64,000 nt of DNA. Source: Pholidichthys leucotaenia. Its lineage: Eukaryota. Both the position numbers and the translations under genes were made by a program. The notes below the pieces were generated by a model. That model ran no database searches, had not been told where the DNA came from, and saw nothing but the letters and a program-made list of their open reading frames with translations. Every line of letters starts with the position of its first letter. The first letter of the stretch is position 1. The DNA lies in assembly GCA_020510985.1 (NCBI GenBank), contig CM035846.1, forward strand, positions 202,779,081-202,843,080, given 5' to 3'. This document shows, piece after piece, positions 23,605 to 36,989 of the stretch.

Positions 23605-24640
23605 CGTTATCACTCCTCCGCCTCTTGCCTTCCCACTGTCTGGTGTTCGGTCTGCCCGTATTGCATGGAAACCCTCCAGTTCAATGTTAGCATCTGTTGC
23701 TAGTTCTGTTAGTCACATCTCAGTAAACATCAAGCTAATCTCTCTGAAGAAGCTCTCGTATCGAGCCATAGCCGCTAGCTCATCTGTCTTCTTGAGTAGC
23801 GATCGAACGTTCCCCATAATATCGGATGGAAGGACGGGTCTGTACCTTATATTTTTCGCTCGCCGTCTTGCTCCAGCACGGCATCCACGTCGTTTCTGTC
23901 TTATTTCACCCGGTATGTTGAGGTCTTGCGCTAGCATCTTGGTCCAGTTAAGTGCTAACAGCTGGTCTCTGCTGTAACGTCCATCCATCCATCCATCTTC
24001 TTCCGCTTAATCCTTTTCGGGTCGCAGGGGGGCTGGAGCCTATCCCAGCATCTTTTGGGCGAGAGGCAGGGTACACCCTGGACAGATCGCTAGTCCATCG
24101 CAGGGCCAACACAGAGAGACAGACAACCTTTCACTCTCACAGTCATACCTAAGGACAATTTAGAATCCCCAGTTTGATGCCAATTAACCTAACTTGCATG
24201 TTTTTGGCATGTGGGAGGAAACCGGAGAAATCCCAGAGTAAACCCACGCAGACACGGGGAGAACATACAAACTCCACACAGATCACTGTTGGTCAAGGGC
24301 TGGGATCGAACCCAGGATCCCCCGGCCAACGGTGAGTTACTGTGCTGCCGCAGTGCTAACCACTCCACCACCGCGCTGCCCCTGCTGTAACGTATCCTGC
24401 TAAAAACAGTGGCTCCGTCTGCTGGCTCAGGAGACATTTGGGCGATCCGTGTGTCTGTGCAATGTATAAGGTGTCACCGGATCAGAAAGATTAGCAAGAG
24501 AAGCCAGATAGTAAATAGAAATAGGAAGAAATTGATCCGCTGTTGCAAAAAGGCAGCCTACTTGTGTGGCGCCGGAAGTATAGTTAATATTTGCTATATT
24601 AACTATAAGTATAATTAATATATTTGCTAATATTAGCAAA
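23605..24640 (-). mobile_element. L2-A 5' fragment (5'UTR-like region + start of endonuclease ORF ..MGNVRSLLKKTDEL..), abutting the Tc1#3 right end
   Basis: ORF 23713..23988(-) shows CR1/L2 endonuclease start motif; 5' region homologous to 46990..47400. Confidence 0.6.
23981..24382 (-). mobile_element. tRNA-derived SINE with (gatg)n tail, inserted with ~11-bp TSD tgctgtaacgt
   Basis: TSD at 23970..23980 and 24383..24393; same family as 52166..52561. Confidence 0.85.
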
Positions 24641-25084
24641 AGGAGAACAGCAGAGTATAAAATCGACTATATTGAATCATTGTGAAAGGGAGAACCACAT
24701 CATGAGTTGGAAAAAAAAAAAAGCCCAAATCATTCAAACAGAAAGCAGAATGCATCACTGTTGGATCAGGGAGGCTATGGAGATCTGAAAATGCTCCCAA
24801 AGGACAGTGAACTGGGAGGGGGATGGACCACCACACACCTATGACACTCTCCTATAGAGGCTACATTACAATTCAGGGCATGGTTATCCAGTCAAAGCAG
24901 ATGGGATGACCACGCCTGTTTAAAACAACTGATGAAGACACCATATGACCATTCTGACAAAGGTGGCAACAGGAACAATCGGCAAAACATGTCGAGGGCA
25001 AATAAAACCTTCAGTAAGGTAAAGAAAAGAGCTCACTTGAACCCCTATTGACTTTTGTGTAGCTTGCTATTGTAATTCATAATG

Positions 25085-25295
25085 CCAGCATGGAGGAACA
25101 GTGGTTAGTTGCCTCACAGCGAGAAGATTGCTGGCTCGATTCCCCTGGCTGGCAGCAGTAGGAGCCTTTGTGTGGCGTTTACATGCTCCCCCCATGCTAT
25201 GTGGGTTTACTCCATATGCTCCAGTTTCTTCCCACAATCCAAATGCATGGATGCTAGGTCAGTTGGTCATTCTAAATTGGCTCTAGGTATCAATT
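25085..25295 (+). mobile_element. tRNA-derived SINE fragment (related family)
   Basis: tRNA-like head ..agtggttag..cgattcccc.. followed by conserved core ..gtttacatgctccccc..gtgggtttactcc.. Confidence 0.5.
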
Positions 25296-25328
25296 TCTAA
25301 GAAGTCCGTACAATAGTTGGTTAATGTA

Positions 25329-28112
<2,784 letters not shown>

Positions 28113-28406
28113 AGTTACTAGTGGAGTGCTTTGAGCGATCGTTAAAACTAGAAAAAGCACTATAAATACAGGCCCTTATCACTTAATCCTGATAATTGTT
28201 GAAGCTGCCTGTGGCTTCAATTCAGTGCTAGTTTGCCATACCATCACTTAAAATTATCCACCAAGTTCTTGCAGCTGCACAACACAGCCACCTCCAATAT
28301 GTACTTAATAATTATCAAAGAAAAAGCACACCAATAGCAGATCCTTGTTATCTTCTGTAGGTTTTAACTTTGAATGCCTTAATTTTGGCTTTTACTAGAT
28401 TCAAAG

Positions 28407-28513
28407 TGGACAACACAAGGTGCTGTGTTCCCTGCTCTCCAACTACTTTTTCCTGTATGCTAATGTGCGCCACGGCCTCCTGCACCACTTGTTGGAGATG
28501 TACAGCTCTTTTG
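28407..28513 (+). CDS. Host gene exon (GQHKVLCSLLSNYFFLYANVRHGLLHHLLEMYSSF)
   Basis: AG acceptor 28405/06, gtgagt donor 28514; phase-compatible with next two exons. Confidence 0.55.
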
Positions 28514-28692
28514 GTGAGTCTGCACAGTTAAACTATATGATAAATTAAACATGTTTGAAGTCTGATGTTTTTCCCTGTGAAGTTTTCACACATTTTTGTG
28601 AGGACACCGCATATTTCGTATTGCTGCAAGCAGGTTTTCTCCCCTTGATAAAATAATAAAAATTGTTTTTCACTGATATTTTACCTTTTCAG

Positions 28693-28719
28693 ATTCAGAC
28701 CCTGCATACACATCTTCAT
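28693..28719 (+). CDS. Host gene micro-exon (27 nt; DSDPAYTSS)
   Basis: ttaccttttcag acceptor, gtaagt donor; keeps frame between flanking exons. Confidence 0.4.
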
Positions 28720-28803
28720 GTAAGTGCCTGACAATTATTTTTCCACTCAAATTTCCAAAATATCATATTCTTTGCTCCACTCACAATCTTTTGGCTCTCT
28801 AAG

Positions 28804-29017
28804 GTGACTTGCAGGACTGTCTGAAGGATTGCCGTAGTTTCTTGCAGCACCATGCTGTCGTGCTGTCCTCCTGGCCTGGTCTTTTCATCCAGCAGGCCCT
28901 GGGTGAGCCTCCAGAGAGCATTGCTCACAAGTGGGCACAAGAGCTGGTAGAAAATGGTTCTGTTCGTGTAATTGAGTGTCTGAACAGAAACTGCGAGATG
29001 GCTGATAAAGAAGCCAG
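28804..29017 (+). CDS. Host gene exon (CDLQDCLKDCRSFLQHHAVVLSSWPGLFIQQALGEPPESIAHKWAQELVENGSVRVIECLNRNCEMADKEAR)
   Basis: Matches ORF 28809..29021; gtaagc donor at 29018. Confidence 0.6.
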
Positions 29018-30443
29018 GTAAGCCAGTGGTCTTCAGGAGGCATTCCGGTTAATACACTTTGGTGTTGGGAGAATCACAAAGATACAAACTCATCTTATCA
29101 GTAAAGCTCACATCCAGATGGTTTCATCTGGGTTAAGTTCAAGAATATTTACAAATATGTTCTGCTTAGTAATTTTTAATTGCATGTACTGCTGCTGTTT
29201 AGGAGTTAGGGTGTGCACTATAGCTGTAGAAATTTAATAGTAACCCTTAATAGCCCTTGTTTTAAACAAAATATGTGGTCAGTAAGCAGACTGAAGCCTT
29301 GTGGTCTGGAACCTGTGGCTCCTGAGTCATCTGTGGTTCTTGTGCCCATAACCAGGAATTCCATGCAACACTGACCCCCACAGACTTGTATAAAAGTTGT
29401 AAAAGTAAAGTGTAAAATTTACAGTCCACTTTATATATAAGCTGAAGACTAAAATCCACAGGTCTGTTATGACGATGGTGACAGATGCTTGTTTTGGTTT
29501 TTTTTAAAAAATCACAACTACTTAAAAATTTCTCTGGAAGCTATTCCGCTCCCCTCAAAGCTGGCGTTCCCATGTGCTCGTCACTCAACATTATCTGTTT
29601 GTGCCATGCTAGCTTTACATGGCAGATTTTAAACAATTGACAATTATGCTGTACTTTTTGTATAAGCTTTTAGATATTGTGTTTTTGCAGTATCTAGTAG
29701 TGATGTTTAGATGACTAAACCATGAAACTGAATGATCTTGTTACTATCTTAGTGTTGAACATACTAACAGTTGCCTGTGGAAGAAATACATTTTAGGAAT
29801 AGTTGGACAAACTGCTGGAATCTTTTAAACAACTTGGTACCGTTTTAAATATTGAAAAAACATATCAGCCCCTTAGAGACAACGTGGATTTCTTTAATGG
29901 GTCTGTCATGAATTGAGGACTATTTATTTTATTTATTTAATCTTCAAGTCGATGGTAAGAAGTCACCAAATTGCAGTGTCCCTCTGATCTGTGAAGATTA
30001 CTCACTAGCCTCTAGAGGAATACCAGTTCAGCTGGACAAGACATTCTGCTGAAATTCAAACCAAGCATCATAGAATAAAGTTGACTTTGAAAGTGGCATG
30101 GCTGTTGGTGCTAGACGGGATGGTCTTAATATTTCTGAAAATGCTGATTTACTGGGATTTACACCAACAACCATAGCTAGTGTTTAGAGGATGGTTTGAA
30201 AAAGGGGGATTATCCAGTTCTCTAAGTGAATATGCCTTATTGCCAGAGAAAATGGTCAGGATGGTTTGAGCTCTGAACAAATCCATTAAACCTTGAAGCA
30301 GAGAGACTACTGTAGCTGACAACCGCATGTGGTACCACTTCTATCAGTGAAGACCAGAAAAACTGATGCTACAATTTGCACAGACTCAGAAAACGGGACA
30401 ACAAGCAGTAAAGTTAAAAAAAAATTGTTTGTGTTTGGCCTCA

Positions 30444-30565
30444 GCAAACTGGTGTCGACTTTCTCCTCTGAACCTACCTGTATGGTTTTGAGCCTGGATG
30501 ACCAGCTGATGGTGATCGGTACCGGACAGGGAACGCTGCACTTCATCCACACTGAGACTGGACAG
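30444..30565 (+). CDS. Host gene exon, WD-like (KLVSTFSSEPTCMVLSLDDQLMVIGTGQGTLHFIHTETGQ)
   Basis: ORF 30329..30583; cctcag acceptor, gtgcaa donor; in frame with previous exon (ag+c=Ser). Confidence 0.55.
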
Positions 30566-31287
30566 GTGCAAACATGTTTTTAACCTCTTTTCTTTATTAT
30601 GCCACAGTTTTTAGCAGCATAGAAACTCTCCATGGTTTGTGTGCATGAGTGGCTGAATGGACTTGTTTACACTGCAAATTTCCACTGGACGTTTCTCTGT
30701 ATTTATAATGCACTGTAGTAATAAAGAAGTTGTTTTCTTAGATGCAGATATTTGCATGTGAGACTATGATTAATTTTTTTTTTTTACATGCCACAGCTGG
30801 GATATGTCTCCACAAACGATCAAGGTGGAATAGGAGTGTTTGTTCTTCATTTATCCCGGTTTATCTACAGTATATTTATGACCTGAAGTTTGGGTCTAGT
30901 CCACTGTTGGCATCCTCTCCAGTGGGAATTTTCAACAGATTTTGGCCAAAATTGTATGAAGTGGCAAACTATATTTTGCAGTTTTTTAAATGAATGTAAA
31001 GCAGCAGATGAGGCAATGAAGCAATGAGGTTTTGCCTCATTTACAAGTTTTCCCTGCAAGTTTGAGTTTTTAATAAATTTCTCCATTTTCATAATTTTAC
31101 ATTTTTTATAACTTTGCATCTTTTCCCCTTTTATTCAGAAGTAAACTAGAGCTTTTATTGGTGTGAATTTCCTTCTTTATTTGTGGAAACTGGTCTTTTT
31201 TTTCTTATGTAAATTTGTATTTTCTTGTAAGTTTTTCCACAACTTGTTTTAATGTCCAGTATTTTCTTTTTTCCTGGCTATGAGCAG

Positions 31288-31409
31288 GAAGTGAAGTCAC
31301 TGGTGAGCAGCTGTGATGGCATCTCAAGCTGCGTCTTCCTTAAAGACCAACTTGCTACCACCTCTTTTGATGGACGAATAGAAGTCTGGGACGTTGAGAA
31401 TGGATGCCG
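31288..31409 (+). CDS. Host gene exon, WD repeat (EVKSLVSSCDGISSCVFLKDQLATTSFDGRIEVWDVENGC)
   Basis: gagcag acceptor, gtgaga donor. Confidence 0.6.
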
Positions 31410-31497
31410 GTGAGAAAAGTATAGAAAGAGGTCTGCTTAACGCTCATGTTCCGGATTTTTTTTTTAAATGTTTGACCATTATTTCACGTGCCTGCAG

Positions 31498-31597
31498 GAC
31501 TTCACTTATTGATGGTCACACTAACTCAATAACAGCAAGTGACGTCACTACAGACAAGAAACACCTGGCAACGGTCTCTCTTGACTTCACGTTAAAG
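31498..31597 (+). CDS. Host gene exon, WD repeat (TSLIDGHTNSITASDVTTDKKHLATVSLDFTLK); GC-AG intron donor gcaagt
   Basis: Frame continues ..DFTLK|VWTSAKG.. into exon 36235. Confidence 0.6.
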
Positions 31598-32093
31598 GCA
31601 AGTTTCAAATAAATCTGTGTGACTGATGTTTGCATTTCTTTTCTGCTGTTTTTTTTTTTTTTTTAACCCTTGGTTGTTGCATTATAGCTGGGGTTTCAAA
31701 CTTGTGCCAGGAATGCCAAGATGCTGCAGGTTTCTTTCCTTCCAGTCACTAAAGCTGATAAGCAATCAGAGGGAAGGAATTTGGTGAACTTACCTGTTGA
31801 AGAGGCTGGTTGGAAAGAAAACCTGCCAGGACTTGGACCTCCTTGGCAAGATTTTGATATCCCTTCACTACAGGAACATTAGCAGTCAAGTGAATTGACT
31901 ACTATTGAATTAACTATTATTACTACTTACTACTGTTAATACAACTAAATTGTCCAGTCATTCAAATCAGAAAAAATTCTGTCAACCTTAAAAATCCCCC
32001 CAAAAGAACTTTGATGTGTATCACCATCCACTCTAAATATTAAAATAGATGTAGCAAAATCAATAAAAGGAAAACATTGAATGCAGTATAGTT

Positions 32094-32520
32094 TATACAG
32101 TGGCTTGCAAAAGTATTCATCCCCCTCAGCATTTTCTATTTTGTTGTGTTGCACCCTGATGCTTCAGTTTAAATTCATTTTATTCCCCTCATTAATCTAC
32201 ACTCAGTACCCCATAATGACAAAAGTAAAAACAGAATTTTAAATTTTTTTGTAAAGCTATTAATAAGAAAAAAAAAACCAAAAACAAATATTACATCTGC
32301 TTAAGTATTCAGACACTTTGCAAAAACTGTAAATTTAGCTGAGGTGCTTCATATTTCTTTTGAGCTTTGCTGACATATTTCTACACATTGATTGGAGTCC
32401 ACCTGTGGTAAACTAAATTTATTGCACTGAAGGTTCCCAAGAGCATAGTGGCCTCCATAATACTCAAATGGAAAAAGTTTGGCACAACCAAAAGTCTTCC
32501 AAGCACTTGGAAGAGTCTCT
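32094..32520 (+). mobile_element. Tc1-like transposon 5' fragment (TIR tacagtggcttgcaaaagtattcat.. + degraded transposase N-term)
   Basis: Canonical Tc1 terminus; no right end found. Confidence 0.6.
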
Positions 32521-32849
32521 CGCTCTAATTATTTCTGTGTTTTACAGCTCCTAAAAGTGGTCTTTAATGTTCAGTCTGAAATTGTTAGTTTTCAGTCTGC
32601 TCTTTATTAATAATAATAAGCCCCTGTTCTGTTTGGGTTAAGCCTTTTTTTGAGTGGACCAATCACAAGTAAGAAGGCACAGTCAGGGTGTGTTTGTTTT
32701 GCGGAGAACTTGGGCTTGTTGGTTTGTGACATCATAAAATCCAAGGAGGTACAGTCTTCTCATTTCTTTAAGAGTTTAACTAATTAAAAGCAGTGCATAT
32801 TTATTTGTGAAGTGAGAATTAGAAGACGACAACTTTGTCATTCAGTCCA

Positions 32850-33095
32850 TACAGCCAATCATATACAGTAGAACGAAATTACGTTTCTCCTATCTACAAT
32901 GTTAATCACATCTAGAATCAGAGGGGTCGCTGCCATGCAAGGCACCGCCACAAACATTCCACCATTCTATTATGCTGAGCACCAAACTAGAAGGCAGGAA
33001 GTACTATTTTTATATGGTCTTTGGTATGACTCGGCCAGGACTTGAACCCCCAATCTCCCGGTTGTGGGGCGGATGCTCTATCAACTAGGCCGCCA
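32850..33095 (-). mobile_element. tRNA-related SINE (third family; tRNA-like head ggcggcctagttgatagagcatccgcc..gggggttcaagtcc on minus strand)
   Basis: Second copy at 62285..62490+63405..63490. Confidence 0.6.
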
Positions 33096-33099
33096 ATTA

Positions 33100-35546
33100 T
33101 ATTCTTGTCATTGCATGCATGTCCCGAAAGCTGGGGATCAGACCAGCAAGGTCTCTGCCTTCAACCGCCACCTGATCCACAACCAGACCCCCATGATCCC
33201 TTCTGAAAGTGGTGAGCCCACTGGGGGGGCGGACCCATGTAACTCCTTTGGGCTGAGTCTGGCAGAGTCCCATGGGCAGAAACCCGGCTGCCAGACACTT
33301 GCCATCGAGGTCTTCCCCCAGGCCTGGCTCCAGGGCGGGCCCAGGAAACCCCATACCGGGCGGGGAAGGTCTATGTCAGGGTACTGGAGAGGAAAGTCCG
33401 ACCGTTGGTTGAACCTCGGAATCAGAAGGAGCAATGTGGTTTTCGTCCTGGCTGTGGCACATTGGACCAACTCTTTACTAGGGCTGAAATGATTAGTCGA
33501 TGTTGTCGATAACGTCGACAACAAAAATTTGTCCACAAATATTTTTTATTGCCGACAAATCGTTTAATTATAAAGTTTATATGCTTGCCGTGGTAATGTT
33601 CAGTTGTAACTGCAATGCACGACCGGAACTGCTGAGGGCCGTAGCGCCTCTGTTGTCCGGCATGCGTGAACGATTTCCAGTGAAGAAGAAGAGGAGCACA
33701 TTTACAGCTCTGAGTATGGTGAATGTCGAAGTGGATTTAAAAAAAAAAAAAGCAAACACAAACTTTCTGTTGTTTGGGAACATTTTACAGAAGACAAACA
33801 AGACGAGTAAAATACAGACTTTGCAAGGCAGACCTTTCTTACCACGGCAGCACTACAGTGATGCATGATCATCTGAAACAACGGCACCCGGGAGCCACGA
33901 CATTACCATCTGTTGGATAAGTTTTAATGAGTAAAGAAAATTAGTGCTGCTTATTTTCAATGGCCAACTGTTTCAAGCTTTAGAAAAATGACAATACTGT
34001 TAGTATGTGCTGTTAATGTTAGCTTACCTGTTTGACAGTAAACTCTCTGGTTGCTGAGGGCTGAACTGTCATGGCTAACATGTTGAATGCAGTAAATGAC
34101 TGAATTACAGGAGTTGCTATCGCTTTTTCATCTTTGTTAATATTAGGCCTCATTCTGAATATTAGTTGCACTCTGTTACTGTGTCCAGCTGAGACAAAAT
34201 GGCATTTAAATGCCTCCTGCCCATGGGAGACGGAACGTTAAGAGGTATTAAACAGCAGCTGAGGTAAAATATGCACTAGACTAGAGCCCCAACAAGAAGC
34301 AGAGATGGTGGACATGAAAAAATAAACTCCATTAGTCGACTAGTTGGGGGGGGGGGGAGTCATTAGCCGACTGCTAAAATAATCTTTAGTTGCAGCCCTA
34401 CTCTTTACCCTCTCGTGGAAGTTTGCCCAACCAGTCTACATGTGTTTGGTGGACTTGGAGAAAGCATTTGACCACATACCTCATGGTCCCTTGTGGTCTC
34501 TTGTGGGGGGTGCTGTGGGAGTATAGGGTATCAAGCATATAGCTACGAGGTAACCGGTCTCTATATGACCATTACAAGTGTTTGGTTCGTATTGCCAACA
34601 CTGTCGAACTTGTTTCCAGTAATGGTTGGACTCTGCCAGGGCTGCTCTTTGCCACTGATCCTGTTAATAATTTTTATGGAGAGGATATCTATGCACTGCC
34701 AAGGAACGGAAGGTGTCATGTTTGGTGACCACAGGATCTCATCTCTGCTGTTTGCAGATGTTGTCCTGTTGGCTTCATCAAGCAATGACCTACAGGTCTT
34801 ATTGGGACAATTAGCTACTGAGTGTGAAGCAGTTGGGCTGAGAATCAACACCTCCAAGTCCATAGCCCTCAGCCAGAAAAGGGTGGATTGTCTTCTCCGA
34901 GTCGGGGACAAGCTCCTGCCCCCAGTGGAAAAGTTTAAGTATCTCAGGGTCTTATTCATGAGTGAGGGGAGAATGAAGCAAGAGATTGACAGATGGATTG
35001 GAGCAGCATCTTCAGTGTTGCAGACGTTGTACCAGTCTATTGTGGTGAAGAGGGAGCTGAGCTCTAAAGCAAAGCTGTCGATTTACTGGTCAGTCGACAT
35101 TCCTACCCTCATCTATGGTGATGAACTTTGGGTAATGACGCAAAGCACGAGATCGTGAATACAAGCGGCTGAAATGAGCTTTCTCCGTAGGATTGCTGGA
35201 TTCACCCTTGGAGACAGGGTGAGGAGCTCAGTCATCCAGGAGAGGCTCAGAGTAGAACCACTGCTCCTCCACATTGAAAGGAGCCAGTTGAGGTGGTATG
35301 GGCATCTGATTAGGATGCCTCCTGGATGCCTCCCACTTGAGGTGTTTAGAGCACGTCCCACTGGGAGGAGACCCAGGACACGCTGGAGAGACTGTCTCTC
35401 TCAGCTGGCCTGGGAACATCTTGGTATCCTCTCTGAAGAGCTGGAGCAGGTGGCTGGGGAGAGAGAAGTCTGGGCTTCTCTGCTTGAGCTGCTGCTTCTG
35501 CGACCCAGACCTCCGGAAAAGCGGTAGAAGATGGATGGATGGATGG
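33100..35546 (+). mobile_element. CR1/L2-clade LINE ('LINE-C') 5'-truncated RT-containing copy with (gatg)n 3' tail, interrupted by a hAT element
   Basis: RT motifs ..QCGFRPGCGTLDQLFT.. (33400..33479) and ORF 34493..35158 (..LLFADDVVLLASS..); tail gatggatggatggatggatgg 35526..35546. Confidence 0.8.
33480..34400. mobile_element. Non-autonomous hAT-like element (TIR tagggctg.., BED-zinc-finger remnant ..VWEHF..H....H), 8-bp TSD ctctttac
   Basis: TSD at 33472..33479 and 34401..34408; termini tagggctgaaatg.. / ..ttgcagcccta. Confidence 0.8.
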
Positions 35547-36234
35547 ATGGCATTGCATTGCATACATTTGTCCCATGGATTTATTTTATCAGATTAAAAC
35601 CTATGAAAACATAATTGTGTGCAATATGGGATTTTTAGGAAGGGTGATAATGACTGATGTGAAATGTGTCTAACAATTTAATTGACTTTATGTGAATTCA
35701 TGTGACAGATTAATTTTAACTATTTTGTTTGCGTCAAAATGGCTTTAAAATTTCTTAAGCACAAACAGAACGGTGATGTAATCCAATTTATAAAAGTGTA
35801 AAGCTTTTCTTTTTTTATTTTACTCAGCAATAAAATACAGAACCCAGACTGAACCTTTTCATTTACAGACATAACATTCACTAAATGAATGTTAAAAAAC
35901 CAGGTGACTGAAAAGCTACAGCTACAGCAGGGCCTTATTTTTTGTAAGATATTTTTTCTAATATTATCTCCAAAAATTGGAAATATTTTAACTTGCAAAC
36001 TTTAACTTGTGGTGTTCCAAATTTTGACCCTAAATTTTTTGTCATAATTGTAATTCAGTCCAACTCCGATTCATCAGCGTAGCTGGTTAGTAATAGGCAA
36101 ACCCGAAACAGCCATAACAGCCAATCCTTTCGTGTCTTTCATACATCAGCGTTGCCATGGTGACTACAGGTTGACACTCTGCTTTGATAACGTTCCCTCC
36201 TAAATTGTTACACAGATATCTTTCTCCTCTTTAG

Positions 36235-36390
36235 GTGTGGACCTCTGCTAAAGGTCAGGAAGTCAGCTCTATGCTTGCCCCCAGCCCTATGAACTGTGTG
36301 ACCTTTGACCCCAAGGGCCATCTGTTGGCTGCTGGCTGCTGGAACGGAAAAGTGATCGTGTGGAACTGGCTCCAGAATAAAGTTTCTGCA
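36235..36390 (+). CDS. Host gene exon, WD repeat (VWTSAKGQEVSSMLAPSPMNCVTFDPKGHLLAAGCWNGKVIVWNWLQNKVSA)
   Basis: ctctttag acceptor, gtgagt donor, 52 codons phase 0. Confidence 0.65.
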
Positions 36391-36989
36391 GTGAGTCTTT
36401 ATGTAGCTCAGTGCAGATTAATGGGCAGCCTTTTAAAATAAAAACATGAATTTCTAACTTATCCTGAAATTACTGAATAAAATTCAGATACATGATCATC
36501 TGTAATTGTTTTAGCAATATTGTGGTGCAGTGAATTTAACAGTGGTTACACAATAATACACATTTAGTGATATAGATATTATGTACAGACATCTAGTATT
36601 GGTGCTTTATTTTTGGTACTTTTGTTTGCAATGGGTGATGATCCTCTCTGCCAATACCACATCGATGTGCAACAGGAAGCGGGCTATGCCACACATATTT
36701 ACAGAAGTTACAACTTCTAACACAACTGAAAAATGTCAGAAATATGGAAGTACTTTACAGCTAAATGATGACATCAAGCAAAATGTAATACGTTTACAGA
36801 GTAGGAAAAACATTTTCAGTCATTGGTATTGGTATTCTTACCTGGACAAAGTGTATCGGTGCATTCCTACTAGATGCTAATGCATTGAAGAAAAAAAAGA
36901 AGTCATGTTTTTGGGACTTGTTCTTTTTAAATGTTGAAAATCGATGCATTTAAGTAAACACATGCTTGAGGTTTTGCTCTGGAGAACTG

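Noticed and set aside
24290-24382. tRNA-like sequences (also 52166..52240, 25085..25150, 33020..33095, 63420..63490)
   Set aside because: Each is the head of a SINE: it is followed by the SINE body and tail, has a degenerate anticodon-arm pairing, and occurs in multiple diverged copies. They are not stand-alone tRNA genes.
30470-30485. Apparent 1-nt discrepancy between my reading of the sequence text (cctgttatgg) and the supplied ORF 30329..30583 translation (..TCMV..)
   Set aside because: Most likely my own miscount or transcription slip. The supplied ORF track is taken as authoritative, so I did not call a frameshift in the host exon.
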